Shown here: positions 30,562-41,332 of the stretch, in pieces
Position numbering within the stretch: the stretch's first letter is position 1
How the letters are laid out: each line of letters begins with the position of its first letter
From: a virus
Lineage: Duplodnaviria; Caudoviricetes
Virus record (IMG/VR): IMGVR_UViG_3300020148_000032
DNA length: 64,000 nt
Direction: 5' to 3' (one strand)
Made by a program: the position numbers and the translations under genes
Notes under the pieces: generated by a model
The model's database searches: none
The model's input: the letters and a program-made list of their open reading frames with translations, nothing else
What the model was told of the DNA's origin: nothing

Positions 30562-31602
30562 CTAGGGTTGTGGAGTTGGAGTAACGCTTGACTCCACAGT
30601 TGGTTCAACTGTAGCTTCAGTAGTTGGCTTGATTGTAGCCTCAACTGTTGGTTTAGTTGTTGGTGTAGTATCAATATCAGTATCAGTGTCTTTTGAAGGG
30701 TTGGTACCTTCACACTCAGTAGTGGCACTCCAGTTGAAGTGATTATTACCGGCTTTATCAATACATCCGTAAAGACCATTAATTGGACGACCATATTTGT
30801 CACGCTCAATGTCTTGGAAAGTGTAATTAGTAATTTCACCTGAATTAGATTCACCAGGCCATATCACACCATTCTCATAAATATTGTAACTAAATAGACC
30901 AGCGTATGAAGCTAATTGAGGTTTATTGTACTCGTTTTGTCTTGGAGAGAGAACAAGTTTAATGCTATTTCCATAACGAGAAACAATATCTTGAAGTAGT
31001 GCTGCATTTTCTGGAGACATACCTACGACATATTGTGAAGTTTGACCAGATTTAGCTTCAGAAGTATCGGCAGCGTTATTTGATGATGCATTATTAAGAT
31101 CAACAGAAGTATCAAGAACTAATACGTTAACAAAAGGGTAGAAAGAACCTTCAGTAGTCGTGACAAGCATATCGAAGTAATAACCACGTTTAATACGTCC
31201 TCCAACAGCATCATCAGCATCTACAGAGAAATTAGTAATAACCCAATTATCTGGCACTCCGACAGATATATCATCAAGGGCTCCAACGTTACTAGATGTA
31301 AGAATGTCGCCAGCTACAAGAGGATACTTAGAATAATAAGCTCCTGATTGAATTTCAGCAATTCCAAAAGATGTAGGAGGCTCAGTTCCGTCAGACGTTA
31401 CTATTGCTGTTAACATGTCTGGAGTAATAAGAGTTCTTGTTGCAACATCTTGATTAATAACATAATAAGTGCTAGTCTGATAAATACTCTGTAAGAAAGT
31501 AAGTGTCCCCACAAACACAAGAACAACTAAAACAGCAATTCCACCAAAAATGAGTTTATTGTTGGTTAAAGAATTCAAGCCTCTACTATTTTTTGCAGCC
31601 AT
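30562..31602 (-). CDS. CpaB/RcpC-like SAF-domain pilus protein with P/T-rich tail
   Basis: N-terminal TM, SAF pattern (LITPDML...PLVAGDILT), AVGGRIKRG.YFD. Confidence 0.75.
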   Translation of the reverse strand: MAAKNSRGLNSLTNNKLIFGGIAVLVVLVFVGTLTFLQSIYQTSTYYVINQDVATRTLITPDMLTAIVTSDGTEPPTSFGIAEIQSGAYYSKYPLVAGDILTSSNVGALDDISVGVPDNWVITNFSVDADDAVGGRIKRGYYFDMLVTTTEGSFYPFVNVLVLDTSVDLNNASSNNAADTSEAKSGQTSQYVVGMSPENAALLQDIVSRYGNSIKLVLSPRQNEYNKPQLASYAGLFSYNIYENGVIWPGESNSGEITNYTFQDIERDKYGRPINGLYGCIDKAGNNHFNWSATTECEGTNPSKDTDTDIDTTPTTKPTVEATIKPTTEATVEPTVESSVTPTPQP

Positions 31603-31655
31603 AGAAAGCGCACCTTTCTCCTTTTGTTTTTATAACAAAAATAATATCACTAAAG

Positions 31656-32813
31656 TTAAGAAACTTTTGTAAGCGGATTACTATTAAAGGCCTGAGCCCA
31701 ATCTTTCTTCCAATTACTTATTTGTACTGTAGAGCATCTACCCAAAAAGTCTTGCATGAGACATTCCCCTTTTCGAAGACTTGGAAGGGTATCTTCAAAT
31801 CCTTCATTTTCTGGAAGACCCATATCATCAACGATCCTTAATGCCTCATCACTATCAGTTCTGAACGCAAACCTTGTAGAAATAGTGTTCTTAATGTCTA
31901 ATCCGTCAAAATGACTAACATTTTGTGATAAAAGCATTAATCCAATATTTTTAGAACGACCAAGAAGAGCAACAGATTGAACAACTCCAGCTCCATATTT
32001 ATTCATAAGAATATTCCAAGCCTCATCAATAATGAGCATTTTGGGTTGTTTAGAGTCCATATTTTCCATCACTTTACGAATAAAGTCTGTTAGAAGGAAA
32101 AGAATACCCGATACTAATCTTCCTGAATTACTCTTGGCTTCTTCCTCAGTTTTTGGTAACGGCATTCCCGGTAAAGTAACAATAGTGACACCTGTTTTGA
32201 AATTAATTAAGCCTCGGCTAGAATTACCTGGAGCGAAGCATAGTTTTGAATATTTCATATTCTGAATAAGATCTAACTTAGTACCAAGATCTCTTGCTTC
32301 CTGACGTTGACTGCCTCTTAATTCAAGAACAACTTTTTGTAATGAAGGGTTTGGCAAATCAATAATATCTTTAAGAATTGGCGCTAATACAGTCATCTGT
32401 GTATCACTAAGACCCCCTACGAAAAGGTCAATGACACTTACAGAAAGATTTAGCTTATCCTCGGGGGTATCTCCTAGGTTAAAAGGGTCAAGTATTCCTG
32501 CTCGACCACCGTTAGAGTCAGTTAAATTCCATAGGTTACATGAACCTAATTCTTTCTGAAGATTAGTAAGAGGAATAAAGTCACCTTTTGGATCAAGAAC
32601 TACTGTAGTCTTACCTAAAACCCATGAGAGAGTAGTGACTGTTAATCCGAAGAATGTTTTACCACTACCTGGAGCTCCAGTAACAATAGAACATGGAGGT
32701 CTATTATTATACATTGGAGTGTTTGCGTCCCAAAATACTGGCATTTTTACGCCTCTTGTAGTTTCTCCAATGAACATACTAGATCCATATATGAAATCAT
32801 TATCAATAGGCAT
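31656..32813 (-). CDS. short VirB4-like (TcpF/ConE-type) ATPase
   Basis: GAPGSGKT, VLDPKGD, LDPF, IIDEAW, GRS, LSQ; TAATG-coupled to the upstream gene. Confidence 0.8.
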   Translation of the reverse strand: MPIDNDFIYGSSMFIGETTRGVKMPVFWDANTPMYNNRPPCSIVTGAPGSGKTFFGLTVTTLSWVLGKTTVVLDPKGDFIPLTNLQKELGSCNLWNLTDSNGGRAGILDPFNLGDTPEDKLNLSVSVIDLFVGGLSDTQMTVLAPILKDIIDLPNPSLQKVVLELRGSQRQEARDLGTKLDLIQNMKYSKLCFAPGNSSRGLINFKTGVTIVTLPGMPLPKTEEEAKSNSGRLVSGILFLLTDFIRKVMENMDSKQPKMLIIDEAWNILMNKYGAGVVQSVALLGRSKNIGLMLLSQNVSHFDGLDIKNTISTRFAFRTDSDEALRIVDDMGLPENEGFEDTLPSLRKGECLMQDFLGRCSTVQISNWKKDWAQAFNSNPLTKVS

Positions 32814-33247
32814 TATTGACCGCCGTCCATTTGAGCAAGCTCTTGTAATTCTCTTCTTCTTGAGATCCAAATTTCAGATTCAACAAAATATTCATCGTCA
32901 AATGAATTAGTTGCATAAAGATCATTCCAACCTTTTGGTTCTCGCATGTAATTTATAGACACTTTAGTGAAATCTAACAAACTTCTTCCAGCAAAAAGAG
33001 GTTTAGATCCGTAATACCCAAGGGCTATAGGTGGAGCTAGAGCAAAAGAAGCAAAAAAGATATTAAGGTGAATCCCGAAAATTAATACTATTGGGAGAGT
33101 CCATATAATAAGAAATACAGTAGTATAACCGACTTTTTTCAAAGAAACTGGTTTCTTGAATTTTATGTCTCCCAAAGAATACATGAAGAGCTCTCTATTA
33201 AAGAAGTTCGTCATGTTAATTGTAGTAAGATGATAATTATTAGACAT
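32813..33247 (-). CDS. TcpE/VirB3-like conjugation membrane protein
   Basis: NFFNRE..MYSLGDIKFKKPVSL followed by two TMs, directly upstream of the VirB4-like gene. Confidence 0.6.
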   Translation of the reverse strand: MSNNYHLTTINMTNFFNRELFMYSLGDIKFKKPVSLKKVGYTTVFLIIWTLPIVLIFGIHLNIFFASFALAPPIALGYYGSKPLFAGRSLLDFTKVSINYMREPKGWNDLYATNSFDDEYFVESEIWISRRRELQELAQMDGGQ

Positions 33248-33252
33248 TAAAG

Positions 33253-33870
33253 TTATTCCTCAGTCATTAATTCTGGATTAATAATATATTGGTTAATATC
33301 ATTTTCAGTCACTTCTTCAAAGTTTAGGATTATTTTAAATTTATCTTTCGAACCAGAAAGTCCACCATATCTAAAAGACATTTCAAGAAGATTTGTATAT
33401 TGATCATCTTCCCACCAACTTGAATCAGTAAATCCATCAATAAGATGCTTAATAGTTGGATAAAGATTTGGGGGATCAAACCTTCTTTTTGACGGCGGAC
33501 ATACTGTTACAACTACTTTAAATTTTTCAAACAAGAATGGGCATTTTATTTCAGAACTCTTAACTTCATGATGAAGAAGATCAATTTTGTCTAGTTCCTC
33601 TTTTATCGCTTCTTCACTTTCACCCTTTTTATTCATTCTTTTTCTCGTGCGGGCTTTAGCTGTTGCAATTTCAGCCTCATGATTAATAGCATTAAGCCTT
33701 TCTTGAGCTTTTATTGGGTCAATGTGTTCTAAAACACCAATGTCAGCAGCCATATTTCTAAGATTAGATGCAATTTTAGATTTCACTATATAATGATTAG
33801 GCATTGCATTAGAATTAAGTAGCTCTCCTCGCGAAAGCTCGAAAACTACTTCTTTTTTTAATAAAGACAT
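33253..33870 (-). CDS. RusA-like Holliday junction resolvase
   Basis: RRFDPPNLYPTIKHLIDG...WEDD (D-x2-N...K...D...DD). Confidence 0.7.
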   Translation of the reverse strand: MSLLKKEVVFELSRGELLNSNAMPNHYIVKSKIASNLRNMAADIGVLEHIDPIKAQERLNAINHEAEIATAKARTRKRMNKKGESEEAIKEELDKIDLLHHEVKSSEIKCPFLFEKFKVVVTVCPPSKRRFDPPNLYPTIKHLIDGFTDSSWWEDDQYTNLLEMSFRYGGLSGSKDKFKIILNFEEVTENDINQYIINPELMTEE

Positions 33871-33884
33871 ATATTTCCTTTATC

Positions 33885-34835
33885 TTATAGATTTTTAATA
33901 TTATTAATAAGTCGTCTTGTAAAGTAAATACCAAAAACGTAAAGTACTGCTACAACAATAAGAACTATCCAAGAAATTGGATTAACAAACCAGAAAGCGC
34001 GAGCACCAGAATCAAAGAGGTATGTTACTAGGAATGAACCTGGAATTACGAAAGTAGAAACAAGAATAGAAGGCATAGTCGCATTAGACGCTCTACTTAT
34101 CTCGTTACTAATTTTTTGACGGTCATTAAGAACATTCTGAATAGTAGCAATCTGATGTTCAATATTAGTTCCACTGTTAGAGGCTTGAATCATACATGCA
34201 GCCAAAAATTTTAAATCATTAGAGGAGGTTTTAGCGGATAATTCATCAAGAGCTTCTTTGAAAGTTGCATTAGCAAGCAATCTGTTCTTTACAATAATAA
34301 GATCATCGTAAAGAGGGCTTGGCATACTATCAACAACTTTAATGAGAGCCCTTTCAGGAGTTTCATTTGCCTGAATGTTAGCTTTTAGAGCAAAAAGAAA
34401 ACCTGGAAGTTGATTGTTAATAGCGTCAGATTTTTTATTAATAAGAATGTTAATTCCAATAGAAAGCAACCATAAACTAATTCCAGCAACAGCAATTCCT
34501 ACAAGAGGGTTCATGAAAAGTGTGGAGAAAAGAACAGCCAATGCAAGACTGATTACAATAATATCTCTACCACCAGTATTGTCAGAATCAGAATAGCGAG
34601 CAAGTCCTGTTTCTTTCAGAATTTTACCCCAGTGAGTACTCCATCTGTAGTAAAGAGTATTCTTTAACTGCTCTGTTTCAAATTCGTCTTCAAAGATTGC
34701 TTGTAATTGATCTTCGTAAGTTTTATTAGACCCATTCTTTTTAAAGATTAAATATCCAAGAGCTATAATAAGGCCGATAACAACAGCAATACCAGCAGCC
34801 ATTAAATAAATAAAGTAAGGGCTATTTAGAGGCAT
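33885..34835 (-). CDS. tadB: TadB-like platform protein (T2SSF)
   Basis: QLP.FL..L...QA, TM pattern, adjacent to CpaF. Confidence 0.8.
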   Translation of the reverse strand: MPLNSPYFIYLMAAGIAVVIGLIIALGYLIFKKNGSNKTYEDQLQAIFEDEFETEQLKNTLYYRWSTHWGKILKETGLARYSDSDNTGGRDIIVISLALAVLFSTLFMNPLVGIAVAGISLWLLSIGINILINKKSDAINNQLPGFLFALKANIQANETPERALIKVVDSMPSPLYDDLIIVKNRLLANATFKEALDELSAKTSSNDLKFLAACMIQASNSGTNIEHQIATIQNVLNDRQKISNEISRASNATMPSILVSTFVIPGSFLVTYLFDSGARAFWFVNPISWIVLIVVAVLYVFGIYFTRRLINNIKNL

Positions 34836-34836
34836 C

Positions 34837-36693
34837 TTATTCTCCGTATTCTATTTTACTCAATTCGACTAGCTCTTCCCAATTGAGGTCCTTTTCAATA
34901 TCAAGGTGGCGTCTCTGTCGGCGAGTCTCGCTCATACTTCCAACTTTAACCCAATCCCCAAATATTCTACCATCTTGAGTTAAACCTTTGTTATTAAATT
35001 TCCAAAGAGGTTTAGTTTTTAATGTTAATTGTCCGTCTTTCCCACGAGTTGCAACAGTATCGATTTCAGAAATTGAAGAAATTCTACGCGAACCATCAAC
35101 AGGATAGTGTTCTAGATAGATAACAAAATCAAATGCGGCAGCAATAAGAGGATAAATAGATTCTCCGTGAGCAAGACCACTTTGAGCCACAAGGGAAGCA
35201 ATACGATAAATACCGTCAGCTTCATCATTAGCGTGAAGAGTAGAAGCTCCAAAATGACCAGTGTTTAAAGCTTGGCACAAATCATATGCTGCTCCATCAG
35301 TAACCTCACCAATAATAATTCCGTCAGGCCTTAATTGTAGAGAGGCTTTAACAAGATCTCTCATTGTAACACCCTCTCCTTCACGATCTGCTCGTGATGG
35401 AATACATTCCATAGCAGCAGCTAGGAACTTATTAGGGTTCGGCTTCATTTCGAGGTTATCTTCGAGAGTAAGAATTCTTACAGAATCTCTATAGAACCCA
35501 GTAAGGGCATTTAACATAGAGGTTTTACCTGTAGAAGTACCCCCTAGAACTAGGAAAGAACATCCTTTATAAATAAGGTTTCCAATTTCAGTCATCATTG
35601 GAATACTTGCTGAACCTTTAGAAATAATACCTTCTGGAGTCCAATATCCTGCTGGATGACGTCGGATAGAGAAGTTAGGTCCTTCTGGAGCTACACTATT
35701 ATGTACTGCAAACATTCTACTCTTATCATGCAGTCTACCTTTAACAAGAGGGGTAGTTCGAGAAACGTTTTTCCCTATAGAAGCGTAAAGTTTTTCAATA
35801 AGACCCATCATGTGATCTACATCTCTGAATTTACATGATGGGACTTTGTAAAGCTGCCCAGCTATTTCTACTTGAACATCAAAAGGTCCATTACAAATAA
35901 TTTCATCAATCCTTCGGTCTCTCCATAAAGGATCAAGTCGTCCCATACCTAGAAGCTCATTAATCACCATTATTGATACAAGTTGACGTTCAATTCCTTT
36001 ATAAGGAAGTTTATCAAGTTCTGTTAAAAGAATTGAATTAATAGTACGGTATGCGTTATCCTGAAGGGCGTCATTAGTTGGGTCATTTTGAGCATTACCA
36101 ATAATAGAGGATTGTCCGTTATTAGTGACTTGATTTTGAACTGAAACCAGAGTTTTTCTTATATGATCTTCATATTTATCGAAATATCCATAAGGCGCGC
36201 TAAGGAGAATCTCTGCAGTAAGGAATCGCGCTCTTTTAATACCACCAGCAGGATACTTATCCATTAATGATTGAGATGACTTTTCAAGAGCTCTTAATAT
36301 TTCATCACCAGAAACATGATATTGCGAATTATTGTAACGGTCTTTTGATTCTTGAGTTGCAACATATGTTGATAATTCTTCATCCTCAAAAGCATCAATA
36401 AAAGGATTATTTGTTGGATTAATAGGCAATCCACTTCCAGCATTAGGTTTTTGAGGTTGGACTGTAACCTCTTTTTCTTCTATGTTATTAGTTTTGTCTA
36501 CAGGTGTAGAAACTTGAGGAACAACAAAGTCTTGCATAATAGCTGGTTTTTGATCGAAGCTTTGTAATGGTTCAATATTAGTATTATTTTGACTCTCAGC
36601 ATTAACTGGCTGGAAGACACCAGGGGTGGAATTATTAATAACGGCTTGATTATCAACCTTTGGTTCTTCGTCTTCAAAAGGACTAAAACTCAT
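34837..36693 (-). CDS. cpaF: CpaF/TadA pilus assembly ATPase
   Basis: G.LDPL..D..IDEIICNG, GGTSTGKT, TLEDNLE, LRPD.IIIGEV, LNTGH..STLHAN. Confidence 0.92.
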   Translation of the reverse strand: MSFSPFEDEEPKVDNQAVINNSTPGVFQPVNAESQNNTNIEPLQSFDQKPAIMQDFVVPQVSTPVDKTNNIEEKEVTVQPQKPNAGSGLPINPTNNPFIDAFEDEELSTYVATQESKDRYNNSQYHVSGDEILRALEKSSQSLMDKYPAGGIKRARFLTAEILLSAPYGYFDKYEDHIRKTLVSVQNQVTNNGQSSIIGNAQNDPTNDALQDNAYRTINSILLTELDKLPYKGIERQLVSIMVINELLGMGRLDPLWRDRRIDEIICNGPFDVQVEIAGQLYKVPSCKFRDVDHMMGLIEKLYASIGKNVSRTTPLVKGRLHDKSRMFAVHNSVAPEGPNFSIRRHPAGYWTPEGIISKGSASIPMMTEIGNLIYKGCSFLVLGGTSTGKTSMLNALTGFYRDSVRILTLEDNLEMKPNPNKFLAAAMECIPSRADREGEGVTMRDLVKASLQLRPDGIIIGEVTDGAAYDLCQALNTGHFGASTLHANDEADGIYRIASLVAQSGLAHGESIYPLIAAAFDFVIYLEHYPVDGSRRISSISEIDTVATRGKDGQLTLKTKPLWKFNNKGLTQDGRIFGDWVKVGSMSETRRQRRHLDIEKDLNWEELVELSKIEYGE

Positions 36694-36696
36694 TTT

Positions 36697-37599
36697 TTAC
36701 GCTCCAAACGATGAAATAAGAGAGTATACAGCAGGGGTACCAACAACAAGCACAAGCGCTGGCAAAAGAGTAGGAATAAGAACAATCACCATTTTATGTT
36801 CTAGAGAGGCGGTTTTTGATCTAATAACAGCAAAGAAGTCTTGTCTAGAAGCGTCAGCTCTTGATTGGAGAATTTCAATCATAGGGACATTCAACTCATT
36901 TGCTTCTTGAACAGCTCTAATAAAAGTAGTAATATTTTCGTTAGGAGCTCTATTCGCAAAATCGTTAAGAGCCTCTGACATACCTTTACCAGCATCTAAA
37001 GATCTACTAATATCTCTGAATTCCTCTTTAAGGACTCCAGGTTTCATATTAGGGATGGACTCTCTTAAAGCTTGATTGAATGTATTGCCTCCCGAAAGAG
37101 AAATAATAAGTAAATCAAGAGCATCAGGTAATGACCTTTTGAATTCTAAATCTCTTTCTTTTGCATAAGAGGAATACTTTATTCTAGGTATAAAGAAACC
37201 AAAAATTACTCCAAAAGGAATAAAGATAAACCAAGGAATTGTAATAACTGTTGCAAGAACAAACCAAAGAACGACTGATATGATAGCGCCTAAGAAACCT
37301 GTAATATATTGGAAGAATACAAATTCATTTGGAGTTAGTTTCCATGGATTTCCTGATTTAGTAAGCAATGATTGAACTCTATTATAACCAGGTCTAGAAT
37401 TCCTGTCAAGCATGCTAGCAGGAAGTGTAGAATGCAATTCTCCACCAACATATGTCACAAGCTTTAAAAGCTTGTTTTTACTTTGTTCTTCTTTATTATT
37501 TGGCGCGAAACTTTCTGTAGATCGCGGAACAAAAATAGCATATGTAAATAATCCTGCTATAAGAGAAAGAAGAACAGAAATGACTATAGGATTATCCAT
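36697..37599 (-). CDS. tadC: TadC-like platform protein
   Basis: LPDALDLLIISL.GG.TF.QAL, L.EEF, TM pattern. Confidence 0.85.
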   Translation of the reverse strand: MDNPIVISVLLSLIAGLFTYAIFVPRSTESFAPNNKEEQSKNKLLKLVTYVGGELHSTLPASMLDRNSRPGYNRVQSLLTKSGNPWKLTPNEFVFFQYITGFLGAIISVVLWFVLATVITIPWFIFIPFGVIFGFFIPRIKYSSYAKERDLEFKRSLPDALDLLIISLSGGNTFNQALRESIPNMKPGVLKEEFRDISRSLDAGKGMSEALNDFANRAPNENITTFIRAVQEANELNVPMIEILQSRADASRQDFFAVIRSKTASLEHKMVIVLIPTLLPALVLVVGTPAVYSLISSFGA

Positions 37600-37645
37600 A
37601 CTGTTTCCTAACTATTCGACTACATTTTAATATCACTATAAACAT

Positions 37646-37677
37646 CTTTGGGGACCAACAATCGTTGGTCCCCAAAG
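37646..37677. terminator. terminator after the pilin gene
   Basis: ctttggggaccaac-aatc-gttggtccccaaag. Confidence 0.75.
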
Positions 37678-37698
37678 GAAAGACTAACTTAATATAAA

Positions 37699-37983
37699 TT
37701 AGCTACCGAAGCGATCTTGCCAGCTTGCATCATCCTGATAAGAATCATCAATTCCATCACCATCTGCACAAGCAGTAATAGAATCTGATGCATTCAAAGC
37801 GTTTGAACCTTCAATACAAGCTGCAACATCTGAACCTTTGTTAAGAACAGCAGATGAAATCCACCCTACGAAAAGAATTGCAGCGATAGCGAAACCTGCT
37901 ACAAGAATAATAGTCTCAACAAGACTACCTCTTTCGTCGTTCTTATTGAAAGATTCTTTAATCTTATTAATGAATTTTCTCAT
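37699..37983 (-). CDS. Flp-like prepilin
   Basis: basic leader, ERG|SLVE cleavage-like site with conserved Glu, hydrophobic helix. Confidence 0.8.
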   Translation of the reverse strand: MRKFINKIKESFNKNDERGSLVETIILVAGFAIAAILFVGWISSAVLNKGSDVAACIEGSNALNASDSITACADGDGIDDSYQDDASWQDRFGS

Positions 37984-38117
37984 TGGAATTCCTCATTTTA
38001 TAGTTAACTTTGTCGAAACTAGGCCTTATAATGTCCCGACAATAAAAATATCAGGAAAAATAAAAGAATCGACACAATATTTTCTATATCATGTCGATTC
38101 TTTATTTAGTTAACTAT

Positions 38118-39074
38118 TTAACTAAGGATTTTTTCAACTTCCGAGATGCTCCACTTCCACATTGCGAGCGATTTCTTCACAATAAGTTCTTTCCACTCAA
38201 CAAGAGAATCTTTGTCTTTCATTACATCTTTAGTAAGAGGATAGAATGTTCTAATTACTTCAAAAACGAGTGCGCGTGCGCGAGTGTGAGAACCGGCTGA
38301 CATATCAGGTTTCTCCATCTTACCTTCATAAATACCAAGTTGTATTTCATTAGAAGCATGAAGAAGAACTTTAGCGAGAGTCGTTCGTGCAGTATCTGAA
38401 AGTTCTCCTAATTCAGGATTAGAACGCTCGTAATCCAGAACGAAAGAGTACAGGTTAAGAGGAACACTAACAGCAATACTTCCTACGTTAATAGTTCCGT
38501 CATTATTACGAGTGATATATGGAGCGGGCTCGAATCCATTATTATTTGCTGCAGGACGCGCGGCTGAAGGAGAGGTTACTTTACCTCCAGTGAAAGATTC
38601 AAGATCCATAGCGTATGGGTCAACATGTGAAGCATCAACTGGATCCTCCTCAAAACGTGTCTTCATATAAGGAGAGGTAGTCCAATTTTCATCATCGGCT
38701 CTTTTAACAGCGGCGAGCGAACGGAACGTGTTGTCTCTGGCAGCAGCCATATTACCCTTAGGAGCAAGTTCATCAATAGTCTTAGTGCGATCAACATTGT
38801 CTTTACGGCGTTGCTCAATACGGAAATGAATTGCTTCACCTGATTCAGAGGCGGCTTTAACTATTGCCATTACTGGATCATCAATAGGCGCCCAACCAGC
38901 TGGTAAATATTTAGTATTTTCAACACGGAATGAAACATTCTGTGATTTTCCCTTATCAGAAGGGTTAATTTTTTCAGGAACCCCAAAACCGGTGATTACC
39001 TTTACCTCAGCTCTTACACCGTTCTCATCAATTTTGTCATGTGTGATAAACGGTTTTCTTGAATATGTATCCAT
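38118..39074 (-). CDS. hypothetical protein
   Basis: 318-aa ORF, TGGTAAAAT upstream, terminator-like hairpin at ~38061-38106. Confidence 0.8.
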   Translation of the reverse strand: MDTYSRKPFITHDKIDENGVRAEVKVITGFGVPEKINPSDKGKSQNVSFRVENTKYLPAGWAPIDDPVMAIVKAASESGEAIHFRIEQRRKDNVDRTKTIDELAPKGNMAAARDNTFRSLAAVKRADDENWTTSPYMKTRFEEDPVDASHVDPYAMDLESFTGGKVTSPSAARPAANNNGFEPAPYITRNNDGTINVGSIAVSVPLNLYSFVLDYERSNPELGELSDTARTTLAKVLLHASNEIQLGIYEGKMEKPDMSAGSHTRARALVFEVIRTFYPLTKDVMKDKDSLVEWKELIVKKSLAMWKWSISEVEKILS

Positions 39075-39153
39075 CTTTCATAGTCCTTTACTTACTTGAA
39101 CGGAATAATTCCGAATACATCTATTTTACCAACTAGATCTATAAAAAGAACGA

Positions 39154-39384
39154 TTATGATGGAGCAGAGACACCTTCTCTAAAGAGTGGATTATCAGAAA
39201 AAATTTCAGAAATTTTGATAACAATTCCCGATAATACAGTCCAAAGCCAGTCAACAATTCCAAAAAGATCCCAATTAAAATGACGAGCAAAAGCAAGGAG
39301 CATTCCAGCTATTACAAGAAAAAATAAACCCTTCATTAAGAAGTTTGAAATAGATCTTCCAATACTACGCATTATATACTCCAA
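39154..39384 (-). CDS. small membrane protein
   Basis: hydrophobic ORF; start probably MRSIG. Confidence 0.65.
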   Translation of the reverse strand: MEYIMRSIGRSISNFLMKGLFFLVIAGMLLAFARHFNWDLFGIVDWLWTVLSGIVIKISEIFSDNPLFREGVSAPS

Positions 39385-39387
39385 AAA

Positions 39388-39885
39388 TTAATTATTTGTA
39401 TCATTTATTTCTAATGAATTCTTCTCTTCATATTCTTTATCTTGCTTTTGCATTCTTTCGGCTCTCTCTTGTCGCAAACGTAGAATTTCTTCTTTACTTG
39501 GAGGAACCCTTAAATGAGGTAGAAAGAGACTAGCAGCGCTATTAAGATCATCAACATCAAAAGATTCATCTTCTTCAATATAACTAAACATCTGATCAAG
39601 AGTTAACCCTCCGTTGCGTCCAGCTCTAATAGCTTCTTTAGAGGCACCCTTAAGCTTTTTGTACTTTTTACCAGTTCTAGAATCAATTTCCCAATTTTCA
39701 TCTGAAATAGGCTCATTGAAGACTTCTTCAACTTCTACTTTTTCCTGAAAAACCGGAACTACCGGAGGTGCTGTTGGTTGAGATAATTCGGGAGTAGACG
39801 GTAATTCTTCCTCATAAACTTTAGGAATAGGTCTCGGTTGCGAAAGTCTATCATTATTCATTGGATTATTAATTGGTAAAGCCAC
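39388..39885 (-). CDS. hypothetical protein with P/E-rich N-terminus
   Basis: GTG start, GAAAGGG RBS. Confidence 0.7.
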   Translation of the reverse strand: MALPINNPMNNDRLSQPRPIPKVYEEELPSTPELSQPTAPPVVPVFQEKVEVEEVFNEPISDENWEIDSRTGKKYKKLKGASKEAIRAGRNGGLTLDQMFSYIEEDESFDVDDLNSAASLFLPHLRVPPSKEEILRLRQERAERMQKQDKEYEEKNSLEINDTNN

Positions 39886-39927
39886 TCTACAACACCCTTT
39901 CGAGAAGAATTATAAAAAGAATATCAA

Positions 39928-41310
39928 TTAACCTTTAAAAAATTTAAGTAACTCTTTAACCGATGAAATATATTCAACTTTAATAGTTTTTGGCTTGTAC
40001 TTGACTGATTTTTCAGAAGTTTTAGGAAGAACAATCCTATCAAAACCTAAACGATCAGCTTCTCGAATCTTGTTATCAATCATGAAAGATCCACGCACTT
40101 GACCAGTAAGACCTAATTCTCCAACAAAACATATTCTCTCTTTAAATGATTTAGACTTTAAAGACGAAAGTATACTTGCAGCCATACTAAGATCAGAAAG
40201 AGGGTCAATAACTTTCACTCCATTAACAGTGCTTACAAAAACATCATTTTCATAAAGTCTAGCATCACAGAACTTATCAAGAATAGCGCAGACAATTTGA
40301 CCTCTATTATAATGAACTCCATTAAATTGCTTTCGTGGAGTAGGAAGAGTGCTCTTTGTAACAAGAGCTTGTATTTCAATAGGTATTTGTCGTACACCCT
40401 CACTCATAAAACTACAAGAAGTTCCAGTCACTTCATCAGGAGAATCATTCTCTAAAAAGATACCACCCGGATCAAGAACCTCCTCAAGACCGCTCTCAGA
40501 ATGTTGAAATACACCCACCTCAGTAGTATCACCGAAACGATTCTTTGTTGCCCTCAAAAATTTCAGTGGAGTATCACTGTCGGAATCTAACATAAGAGCT
40601 GCATCGACAATGTGCTGGATTGATTCTGAACCAGAGAATTCTCCAGATTTAATAATCTGATTAATAAGAATCATTGTAATATTAGAAGTCTTAGCTAAAC
40701 GGGTAAGAGTATGAGCAGCTTCTTTAGACTGTTGAATGCTACCAATAGATCCAGTAATTTCTGAAGAAGCAATAGTTTGAAGAGAGTCGACAATAAGGAA
40801 GTCGGGTTTCTCTTCTTGAATATGACCAAGTAAGGTTTCAAGGTTAGTTTCATTAATGATAAGAATATTCTCATGTGAAACATTCATTCTTTTAGCACGA
40901 AGACCAATTTGCTGTTCTGATTCCTCTCCTGAAGAATAAAGAACTTTCTTACCTAATTCTGCATACTTTTCAGCAACACGTAATGACAATGTAGACTTTC
41001 CGGATCCAGGCTGGCCTGCAAATAGAATTACTTCAGCATCAACAAAGCCACCACCGAGAACTCGATCAAGTTCTTGAATACCAGTTTTAGTTCTTACGAT
41101 AGGGTGAGAGTTCAAGTCAGAGATATTACGAGCTCTCTTTGTAGGTGTGATTGCACCAGAAGATTTAAGACCCGCCCGTTCGACAGAAACAGTGCTTACT
41201 GTCGCTTCTTTAAGAGTGTCAAAATTCTTACATGATGGACACCTTGCGAGCCATCGACCGAATTCGTTATCACACTCGGTACATTTAAATATTTTCTTTT
41301 CTTTAGCCAT
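39928..41310 (-). CDS. radA: DNA repair protein RadA/Sms
   Basis: C4 zinc finger, ELDRVLGGG, GQPGSGKST, KNRFG, Lon-like C-terminus (GELGLTG). Confidence 0.97.
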   Translation of the reverse strand: MAKEKKIFKCTECDNEFGRWLARCPSCKNFDTLKEATVSTVSVERAGLKSSGAITPTKRARNISDLNSHPIVRTKTGIQELDRVLGGGFVDAEVILFAGQPGSGKSTLSLRVAEKYAELGKKVLYSSGEESEQQIGLRAKRMNVSHENILIINETNLETLLGHIQEEKPDFLIVDSLQTIASSEITGSIGSIQQSKEAAHTLTRLAKTSNITMILINQIIKSGEFSGSESIQHIVDAALMLDSDSDTPLKFLRATKNRFGDTTEVGVFQHSESGLEEVLDPGGIFLENDSPDEVTGTSCSFMSEGVRQIPIEIQALVTKSTLPTPRKQFNGVHYNRGQIVCAILDKFCDARLYENDVFVSTVNGVKVIDPLSDLSMAASILSSLKSKSFKERICFVGELGLTGQVRGSFMIDNKIREADRLGFDRIVLPKTSEKSVKYKPKTIKVEYISSVKELLKFFKG

Positions 41311-41332
41311 ACATGTATTTTAACAAAAAACA

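Noticed and set aside
30507-30854. 115-aa Q/L-rich ORF overlapping the cpaB-like 3' end
   Set aside because: Alternate frame of the P/T-rich repeat tail.
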